This document shows positions 53,825-64,000 of a stretch of 64,000 nt of DNA, piece by piece. Where the stretch lies: NCBI GenBank assembly GCA_949358305.1, contig OX442314.1, positions 16,430,001 through 16,494,000 on the forward strand, written 5' to 3'. Source of the DNA: Strigamia acuminata. Its lineage: Eukaryota. The position numbers and the translations under genes were made by a program. Below the pieces are notes generated by a model that was not told where the DNA came from, searched no databases, and saw only the letters and a program-made list of their open reading frames with translations. How positions within the stretch are numbered: position 1 is the stretch's first letter; each line of letters opens with the position of its first letter.

Positions 53825-56349
53825 ATGGCGGTTACCATCAGGTGTAGTGTGCGAACGGCGAATATAATTGAAAATCTCTTAAACACTCATATATTACCCG
53901 TGACAAAGCGATGGATTGTAGGTTTTTTTTATTTGCTGCCATTTCTGACAATGTTACTAAATTACTAAATTTTGCAGTCATACAATTCCGTACCGGCTTT
54001 AACAGAAATCACTATCCCAATTCCAATGAAGGCGACAATAAAAAAAGTTATAGCGAAACAAAAATTGAAAGAAGAAGAAGAACGCAAAGCTATATCAAGA
54101 ATGGGAGAAAAATCAGCTCCCATTATCACATCAAAAAGAAAGTTGTTAACTCATTACAGGGGCCAAGTATACGATAAGTTCAAGCCGTTGCCTTTATACA
54201 CCAAAGGTTGGACAACGAGAAAGTCAAATGGCGATTATTTCCAAATTCAAGGATATGGGAGTGTAAGATTTAAATTGTGAATGCACAAGTAAAGATGAAG
54301 CTTACTTAAATGTATATTTATTTTTGTAGAATCCCGCTTTGCTTGATTTGAGTGATTGTGACGATGAATCGCCAAGGAATTTTAAATCCCTTGGTTTTTC
54401 GCAAGAGGTTTTTAATGGATTAGGAAACATGAATATTACTGTTCCAACTAATGTGCAGGTAAATAAAATAGATTAAAAACAAAAAATATAATTTAATTAT
54501 TGTTATTTTTTAAAATTTAAGGTATCAGCAATTCCGGCAATATTAAAGGGAAAAAATGTTATTTGTGCTGCAGAAACGGGTATTTCTAAAATATTTTTAA
54601 ATATATAATTGTCCAAATATTATAAAATTAGTTTCAAAAAATAATAACTCTATTCGAATTTGAATATCGAGAAACTGAGTCGTTGTTGAAATTAAATACA
54701 TTAAATGATCGAACCTAGAAAATGCATTTCCGTGTGTACAAATCTGTTTCTTTGATTATATTAATTATTTATTATATTACTCAATTTCAGGGAGTGGTAA
54801 AACGCTTTCGTACTTGGCGCCCATGATTCACAACATTTTGGAATACAAGACCCAACCAACTGCTCAGATATTCACAAATTCTCCACTGGGTTTAATAATA
54901 GTTCCAGGCAGAGAATTAGCAGAACAAATTGGAGTTAGTATTTTTAATTCATAAAACTGGCACTATGTGTCTCAAAACTGTGTTTTTATGCAGAAAGTCA
55001 TAAAAACTCTCACCAAAGACATCCCATTCAGATCAAAAGTGCTTGTCGGTGGGAGAGGTATTCCAGAGGTATGTTTATTATCTCAATTACGAATCATTGA
55101 ACTAATAAATTTAATTTTAATTTTAGAATTTACTTTACCACCCACCTTTACATTTTCTCGATATTATTGTCGCAACACCATCAGCATTGAAAAAATTAGT
55201 TTATTCAAGTAAATGTATAATTGATTATTGAAATTGGTATTTTTTTACAAAATAAAATAATTTCAGAAATTTATAGCGTCAAGAAAGTCAGGCATCTAGT
55301 TGTAGATGAAATGGACACAATGATGGATGATAGTTTTAATGAGAGTGTGGTGCAGTTTATGAAAAGATTTAATGTAACTATTAATTAAAATAATTCAATT
55401 TGATGTTATGTTTTTGTAATTTATAAATTTTTTTTTTACATTTTATAGTTCCAAGATAAAAGCACCCAATTATGTTTAGTTGGCGCTACGATGCCTAGAG
55501 GTATCGCATCCATTTTAAGTCCTGTGATTAAAGCTGATTTAATGGAGAAAATAACAACAGATCACTTGCATCGCATTATGCCACACGTTCCTCAGAGATT
55601 TTTGAAACTGAAACCGACAGATAAACCAAGTAAACACATTAATTGTTTTATTTTATGTTTGTAAAAAAAATTTTTTTTTACAGTCAGATTATTAGAAATT
55701 GTGAAAGCTGATTTCAAAAAGAATAAACCAGTCATAATATTTAGCAAGAACAGCCAAACTTGTGATTATGTCACCATGTTTCTACAGGAAAACGGAGTGG
55801 ATAATGTTAACTTAAATGCAGCTATGCCGGATAAGGTAAAGTGTAGTTACTATGTTGTTTTAATAAATGTCTTAATTTATTTGTTTTAGCTGCGTTGTGG
55901 ACAGTTTGAAAGATTCCAGAACGGAGAAGTGAATGTGATTTCGTGTACCGACATTGGCTCCAGAGGATTGGATACAACAAGAGTATAGTTTAATTTGTCG
56001 GTTTCGTTGCATTTTGATTAATTACTCGGTTCACAATAGGTTCAACATGTCATCAACTACGATTTTCCTAGTTTTGTTTCCGACTACATCCATCGTTGTG
56101 GTCGCACGGGTCGTGTAGGCAGTAAAACGACCGGACACGTAACGAATTTTATCAGTAAAATGTACGAAGTGGAATTGGTACAGAAAATTGAGGTATATCA
56201 GTGAATATCAATCTTATTTATTTTACTGAATTGATCTATTTGTAATTTCATTGCTTTAGACAACAATACGCTGCACGCAACTGCTGCCAAATGTTAATGC
56301 AAATATAACGAGAAAATTAAGCGGTGATGATATGTCAATACCCTATTAA
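53825..56349 (+). CDS. DDX28: Mitochondrial DEAD-box RNA helicase DDX28-like, multi-exon
   Basis: [83 protein letters not shown]. Confidence 0.9.
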
Positions 56350-57338
56350 TTAGCGAATTGTGTAATTAAATGTATTTATAAAATAAACAAGTGACATAAA
56401 AATATGTTTTCTGATTTTCTGTAAATAAGTAATGAGCTCGCGGGTCCGAATTACAGCAAAAAATGTCGTAGTCACGAAAATTGTCTTTCACAACTTATTA
56501 TTTTCCTGTTTACGATAATCTGTGTGGACATGTTGAAAGTATTAAAAGCTGAAAAAGATAAAACAAAAAAAATAATATTGAATTTTTGATACAAAACCGC
56601 TCAGATTGCAGCTTGAACCTTTAAGCTATTGGGTAGATTATAAACAAAGAGGGAAAACACCTATTTCCTCGTTTCGGTTTTCCTTCTCTTTAAATAGAAG
56701 TTATTTCTTTTGTTGATTTTTACAACACGTAATTTATTGTTGCACTACTTTTTCCTTGAAAAAAATCACAAAATTGTATTTTATCAATGACATATATGGT
56801 TATACTGGATATGTAATTAAACTACTGTGTGTACGCGCAGTCCAACGTACACTTTCCAAAGTTCAATCTTTCGTAAATGAGAAACTACTACATTTTTTAA
56901 AACCTCTGCTTCAGATCCTTGACCTATTAACTTAAAATTGAAATCAGTTTCTCGAGCAATGAACTCGAGTTCCGTTAGGGCACATCCGGGGTGATGTCAC
57001 ATTAGCGCATTCGTCTGCTGAATTTATTGTCAACTTTTATTTCCATGGTGTCCAGAAAAAAACAATCGATTTTCTTTAGGATACCATTTTAATCAATCGT
57101 GTGCATCGAGGAATTATTTTTAATTGTGATCACACGTTTCAGTACAAAGTCCGAAAGAGTAAAGTTAAAAACACCAGAGGACTTTACACAGCAATATGAC
57201 TAAATTATCTAAACGGATTAATGACATACAGTGGTTTATTGTGAAATAATTTGAAACAAACAGCAAACTATCAGTAGTTATTTTATTTTAAATTAAATTT
57301 TAGCATCACAATGTTAGCTTAAAAGCAACTGAATTTAT

Positions 57339-57398
57339 TACAAAAGACTTCTGGTTAATATAAAAGGCTTCTGATTAATACAAAAGACTTCTGGTTCA
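57339..57398 (+). repeat. 3 x 20-bp tandem repeat
   Basis: TACAAAAGACTTCTGGTTAA / TATAAAAGGCTTCTGATTAA / TACAAAAGACTTCTGGTTCA. Confidence 0.9.
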
Positions 57399-57909
57399 TC
57401 CAAAAATATCGAGAAAATAACAAAAGGTGATTTATTAAAACGAAAAATTAATAATAAAAGATGTGAAAAACATTCAAAATATAATATTTGTCAATAGAAT
57501 TCTTATTATAATTAAGATAATTGAATCCAGAACGGAAAAGGAAATGTATAAATACAATCAACATCATTTTAAAAAAGTAAACAAATAAAGTAAACAAAAA
57601 ATTTACGCCAACACTGATTAGCTATCAGGAGACAAACAAAATAATAGGTGTTCATCATTTTTAAAATTGTATACAATTAGGACGATTTACGTCACAATGT
57701 GCCGAAAAGAGTGGAATTTAAGATTTCCACGTTTACACCTTCTGGCGCAGACAGTAAATAATCGGTTTAGGTTTGGAGGTCGGTTGAAGGCGGGGTAACA
57801 AATCGAGCGCCTATTGGTTGTTGAGAAAACGCCCTCTGTATAGATATACTAACTATTGTTGATCGAGCTTCTTCAACAGATTTTCTCTAAATTGAAGGAT
57901 AGACCCAGA

Positions 57910-60900
57910 ATGCTCCGATCTGCAAAACGACTTTTAAGATTAGCAAATGTGGGATTCGAGCCCGTATCAGCCGTAAATTCAAAGAATATTGACAGTTTCA
58001 AGTGTTATTCTACTCGCCCGCGCGATTTTGTGGAAAGCTCAACTGCAAATATTGTGCGAAGTCAGTTTGCTGATGTAGCTTTTTCCCCATTACCGTATGC
58101 TGACTTTATATTTGAGAATATTGGACAGTTTGGGGACAAAATTGCTTTGGTAAGTTACTTTTTAATAAGTTGTTTTGTTTCTAGATTTTCCTTTATGGGT
58201 GGGGTTGACGTCATTCGATCGTAAACAATAAATAAAGTGTGTAGTGGGAATGACGTCATTTTGCGAATAGTTTCTTCGGCTACACCTTATTTGGGATTCT
58301 AATCTCTCGGACCTGTTTTTAAGGAATTTTTACTTGTTCCAGGTCATTAAACTAAAAAAAAAAGTTTAAACTTTGTAAAAAGTTGGATTTGTTTTATGAA
58401 ATGGTTCGGGCTTTTTCATTTCCGACAACTAAAGGTTGTTATTATTTTTTTTTTTAAAGTTGAATGGAATGAAATGTGTTAAGTGTCTGTGTGCCTGTTT
58501 AACGTCTGTTGTTGAAGGTTATGGGATTGGGAAAACTCAGCTTTTGGATTAGAGCCAATAATTTTTACGTTTTAAACACTTATTCATCCTTTTGCGTCAC
58601 ATGTCCATTAAATTGTTGAACTGATCTGTTGTCGCTCGAAACGACATGCTATTTGATCTTGTTTTCTCATTTTCAGTTTCAAACTCAAAGTTTTTTTTAA
58701 AACTTTTTTTTGTACCTCAACTGTCGAGACGGATATTAAATTTCATACCACATGCGACTTGTTTTTCAAAAAAAGCGACTTCTGGATTTAAGGTTAAAGT
58801 TTCATTTTCAAACTTTAACCTTAAATCCAGAAGTCGCGCTTATTTGTCTCATTCATGCGCATTTTTTTTTGTTTTTATTATTTTTTATTGAACGATTTAA
58901 TCGTATCGTATGAATAAAACATGAAATTCATTTCCTTTTTGACCTGTTTTCAAATTTTCGCATATAAAATCAATAAAGAAGTCTGTCACTTTCAATAAAA
59001 CTGCCGCTTAAAATCTAAATGAGTTTTCTGCAAAGTTTAAAGTGTCATTGGGTTATCTATTGTCTGCTTTAGCGACCACATTTTTTTCTTAAGATAAGGA
59101 TATATCTAAGTACGGTAATTACAATAAAATGTTGATAGTGTAAAGTGGTTTTCTTATTCCGCAATTTAATGCAACCGAAAAATACAGGAAAAATAACTTG
59201 ATTTTGCAATTTAACATTTTGATGTGTGTTATGAGTATGACTCACACATAAGTCTCAACAAGGTCAAATGGAGATTTAGATGATTCAATTGTTTACTCTT
59301 AATTAATTTATATTTTCCGATTGTATTTGCAAATAGGAATGTGCCATTACTGGACGAAGTTACACGTACGAAATTGTCCAGCTGTTTGCTCGTAAATTCG
59401 GAAGCGCTTTAGTTCGACGTGGACTACGGAAAGGAGATGTTTTGGGAATTATCTGTCCAAACATTCCAGAATTTCCAATCGTTTTTCTTGGAGTGACATG
59501 TGTGGGTGGAGTTGCCAGCACGGTGAATCCAACTTATACTTCAGGTATTTCGTCAATTTATTATCATTATTTTTAATTTTGTATAATTTTTGCGTTAACA
59601 ACCGCAATCATTTTAGAGGAAATTGCCAGACAATTGCAAAATTCAAATGCCACCTTCGTTGTAACAGTCGGGCCTTTGGCGGACAAGGTCAAGGAAGCAA
59701 TTTCTCACTGCCCTTTAGTCAAAGTGAGTATATTTGGTATGTGCACACCGTTGTTTGCATAGGAATTGTGAAAGACCAAAACAACATCGTCAATGTGTAC
59801 ATTTTTATGAAATGTAAACATTGAATTGGCGGTGAAAAAATGTGGAGATAAAAATGTCTCGCTCATTTATTGTAACAGGAAGCCTTTGTTATTGGAGATG
59901 CAGACGGCATGACCCAAATTTCTTCATTAGCGGTTGAAAATGACGCGGCAATAGCAAGTTGTCCACCTATTGATGTAGCCGAAGATCTGCTCGTACTTCC
60001 ATATTCTAGCGGAACTACTGGATTGCCAAAGGGAGTGATGTTGACGCATCAAAATATTACCACCAACATTTTACAAGCCACGTAAGAACATTTGGTTTAA
60101 TGTTTAGTGTGTTGTTTATTGTTTTTAAAAAAAATGTTTTTTAGGGATCCAAATCTTACTGAGCAATTTACGAGTGACGACACAGTATTAGCTATTTTGC
60201 CATTTTTTCATTCGTACGCTCTTACAACTGTTATGAGCATTGGTTTGCGCTGTGGATTAAAAGTGGTTACTTTACCGCAGTTTGAACCGGAGACATTCAT
60301 GAAAGCATTGCATGATTACAGGGTATTTTGTATACAAGTATATTTTTTACTAAGTAAATTTTGAATCATTGTTTTGTCTTACAGCCCAACTTGTTACATT
60401 TAGTGCCGCCTCTTGTCCATTTCATTGGAAGTCATCCGCAAATAAATGTCAAAGATTTGAGTAATTTGCGTGTTATTGCTTGCGGAGCTGCACCGCTTAG
60501 CATTTCTATCGTTAAGGATCTACTGCAGAAAATACATCCACAGACTTTGGCCTTTCAAGAAGGCTATGGAATGACTGAATTATCGCCAGTGAGCCATTTT
60601 TGTCCAAAAAATTCAACCAGAATTGGGACATGCGGCATCTTAATTCCAAATTCCGAAGCAAAGGTATTAATTGTTTTCGTAAAATATTATTTACATTTAT
60701 TTTGTTTTTGTCGTTTAAGATTGTAGATTTGAATACCGGTGAGGCATTGGGCCCAAATTGTGAAGGAGAGCTTTATGTTCGTGGTCCTCAGGTGATGAAA
60801 GGTTATTTGAATAACGAGGAAGCGACTCGAGATACCATAGATGAAGATGGCTGGTTGCGTACTGGTGATATTGGCTCGTATGATGAAGAGGGGTTCTTTC

Positions 60901-61363
60901 AAGTTTTTGATCGCTTGAAAGAACTTATTAAAGTGAAAGGCTTACAGGTAATTTTTTTATTTAAAAAAATACTCGTGTCATGTAAAGACTGTTGCATGTA
61001 ATTATTTGTTTAGGTTGCACCTTCTGAACTTGAAGATTTGCTTCTTTCGCATCCAGGAGTTGAAGATGCTGCTGTAATCGGAATACCAGATTTAGTTGCT
61101 GGTGAATTACCACGAGCGTATATTGTACCAAGAAATGATTCCGTGACCCCAGAAGATATTCTGGAATTTACGAGCAGTAATTATGAAATATATTTGGCGA
61201 GAAATTCAATGTTTTAAATATTAATTCTTCACTTTTCCGTACAGAAAAAGTGGCACCACACAAACATTTGAAAGGCGGTGTTCATTTCATTTCAAGTATT
61301 CCTAAAACCCAAACTGGGAAAATTTTACGAAGAGAATTAAAAGCAATGTTGAAATCATCATGA
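57910..61363 (+). CDS. 4-coumarate-CoA ligase/luciferase-like acyl-CoA synthetase (ANL superfamily), multi-exon
   Basis: [85 protein letters not shown]. Confidence 0.93.
58775..58837. repeat. Perfect 28-bp inverted repeat with 7-nt loop in intron 1 of the ligase gene
   Basis: GCGACTTCTGGATTTAAGGTTAAAGTTT-CATTTTC-AAACTTTAACCTTAAATCCAGAAGTCGC. Confidence 0.95.
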
Positions 61364-61725
61364 AAATACAGGACTGATTTGAATAATTAAAAATTCAAAC
61401 TTTTAAAATCTTTTACACAACTTTGCACTTTATTATGGACTTTTCATTTTTTTTCAATTTTGAGATATTTTAATAAATTGTACAGAACATTTTTGTTTGT
61501 TATACTAATTGGGATATATCATATCATTGTGTACATACGGTTACTTGAAAATAAAAATATTGTAACGATCAGATTTGTTTTTAGAAGCTAAAATGAATCA
61601 GCACTTGCAAATGAAACACTACTATAATTGGCTATTTCGCCACCAGAGAATGGAGCATGTTTTTAAAAAATTGTGGCGCCCTCTTTTGAACATTACAATT
61701 ATTTCATGTAACGCGTTGTAGGGCT

Positions 61726-62642
61726 ATGGAATTCAATAAACATCTTGGAAATATGCGTAAAAAGTCAATTCCAGAATTGCAAGAATTATTAGAGAGGCAG
61801 GAGAAAATATTGGCAAACACGTGTGTTATCTTTGTTATTAAATTTCCAAGTTTATTTATATTTATTGTGTTGCAGTTCAATGGTTAAAAAATTGAAAGAT
61901 AAAGGAGCGAAAGCTACTCATCTGAGAGACGAAATTAAGAAAATTATTGATGAAAGCCACAGCGAATTAGAAACGGTTACCAAGATGATGGACAAAATAA
62001 GCATTTCACCTCACAATAAAGTATACCGAGAGTAGAATAACAATACAAGCGAAATTATTGATGAATATTTTCATAACTATTTTAGGAAATAAATGTAAAT
62101 GAAGACATAGAAGAGCAACGCGTACATGGGATGTTTGCGAATAATGAAACGACTAAAACATTAAAAAAGGACGATTTATTTTATTCAAAATTAAGTGAAA
62201 CGATTGATCTCATGCCAAAAGATATTAAACGAGAAAGATTTAACAGGTAACGAGTAGTTAATGTCAAATACACAGTTAATTCTACAGTGAGTTTCTCTTC
62301 AGGCCTAAAACAATGAATGTTAAACACGTAGTGACAAAAACAATACCGAAATTTGACGAAGAGTCTGCTGTCGTATTTCCCATTGGACCGCATCCTGAAT
62401 CCAAATTGCTTTTATTCGACGAATCACTCCATCTACAGCCGGAATATTTAATGCGAGTCAAAGTAATGTTTTATTACTCATTTTAAGGAATCGTACAGTA
62501 CTAACAAAATTTTATGTTTTAGGAAAAGCGAAGAATTTTTTTAACAAAAACAGGCCCAAATGACGATGCTGAGTTTCATCCAGATGCAATTAGTGGCTCT
62601 GCATATCGCGAAGTTCCCGAGGTTGATTTAGATATTGATTAA
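61726..62642 (+). CDS. POLR2M: POLR2M/GRINL1A (Gdown1)-like protein, about 5 exons
   Basis: KSIPELQELLERQEKILANTSMVKKLKDKG resembles the Gdown1 N-terminus; LLLFDESLHLQ and YREV near the C-terminus. Confidence 0.7.
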
Positions 62643-62842
62643 ATTTTTACACAAATTTTATACCTGCAAATTTATATATAATGTGGCCCAAACTCAAAGG
62701 TTCAAAATGTTTTTAGTCATTGGGCATTTTATTTTATTTTTATGATAATTCCGAAAGGATTTTAATTTTAAAAAAATGAACAATAAATTTATTTTATTAA
62801 CATAACAACTAAAATTCACTGTGTTATGTATAATTACAAAAT

Positions 62843-64000
62843 TCAAACGTATGCTACAAGGGAAGTGGTCATAAAATCAACAATTTCTTGAATAAACATG
62901 CGAACTGGTCGACAAAATTTCAACAAATGTTCTCCTCTTCTGCTCACTTCTTTACTGTCAATATCAGAAGTTATTGAGCAATCGATGATGTCCCAAACGT
63001 GTTTGCTAGATGATGATAAAAAATTAAAATTAAAATAGTGCAATAATTTACTTTTTATTATTAACAAACCCTTCCTCTTGAGTTATTAATTTTGAGATAC
63101 ATTCAATGGCTACGTGAAGGGTTAAACCGCTGTAATTGATGGCAAAATCCAGCCTTTCTTTCATTCTAACAAATTCCTTTTTGCTGTTTTTGAAATAAAC
63201 ACTGTGAATACTCACATCATCTGTATAATAAATCAGCATTTTTAAAAATCAAATCAATTTTTATTGTTGTTTCTTCCATTACCAAAATCCTTAGGATGAA
63301 GAGATTTTATTTGTAAATACCATCTATGCAAATTTGTTAGGTTCGACGAGTCTACAGAATGTGGTGGTGTTGTAGCAAGGTAGAGCGCTTCTTGTAATTC
63401 TTTAATTTCAGATTCGATTTTTTGTTTTTGCAATTTACTGTTCACTTCTAATATTTCCAAATCGTATTGATGAATATCTTTTAATATCTTCAGTATCTCT
63501 CGCCCTCTGTTGAGATGCATAGTAATTGTAATGGGATTCGTTAACAAGTAAACGGAATTTATATTTATGTACCTATCTTCAGAAATAACGTGTGAAATAT
63601 TTTTCAGGATTTCTTCATCTTTGGGAAGACCAAGCGGCAGCAACTTTGATTTCTCCAGTAATAATTCATCTCTCTCGTTTTGTAGTTTTTCTTCAATTTT
63701 TTTCACCTATTTAAAATCAAAATTAGTATGTCGTGTATGTACCATAAGTTTTTAATCTTTTACCAAGCAAATTTTATGTTTCAGTTCTTCAATAGAATCA
63801 AAAGTTTTGCATTTATCGTCTGCTGATTCTCTACAGCCAGCCATCGAAGTAATGTTGGTGATAAAAGGAGAACGAAGTACCTTGTTGTTACTTAACGAAA
63901 AGAATGATTATTTTTAAACAAATGGAAACTTCTGTTTTTAAAATATTAGAATTAATGTAATAATAACAAAACGTATTTGAAATTAATGTTCATATCAATT
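62843..64000 (-). CDS. 3' part of an unidentified multi-exon coiled-coil protein
   Basis: Spliceable ORFs at ~63880-63763, 63706-63280, 63221-63052 and ~63005-62843; heptad-like KKIEEKLQNERDELLLEK and KLQKQKIESEIKELQEAL. Confidence 0.65.

Noticed and set aside
57910..61363. Calling the ligase a true luciferase
   Set aside because: The motifs are generic to 4CL-like acyl-CoA synthetases; activity cannot be read from the sequence.

Overview
AT-rich eukaryotic DNA with tightly packed genes and many short GT-AG introns. It looks animal and probably arthropod, but that is inferred from gene content and intron style, not proven. From left to right: the 3' end of a PIF/Harbinger-type transposase gene lacking two of the three catalytic residues, facing a spliced Zn-finger + Myb/SANT gene; PPP4R3/SMEK; FBXO28; steroid 5-alpha-reductase; an inaF-motif protein; Nup133; ZNRD2/SSSCA1; C1D; a CCDC198/STMND1-like protein; PUDP/HDHD1; TSG101; a ~23-kb tandem array of five NRF-6/acyltransferase-3 genes; DDX28; a 4CL/luciferase-like acyl-CoA ligase; a POLR2M/GRINL1A-like gene; and the 3' part of an unidentified coiled-coil gene. 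In the NRF-6 array, copy 2 is clearly disabled and copy 4 is frameshifted, and the array carries a solo LTR, a truncated LTR element with a tRNA-Pro-like PBS and three kinds of MITE. The best candidate for an undescribed system is the apparently domesticated Harbinger transposase/Myb gene pair at the left edge. Exon structures and family calls come from manual reading and recalled motifs; no searches were run.
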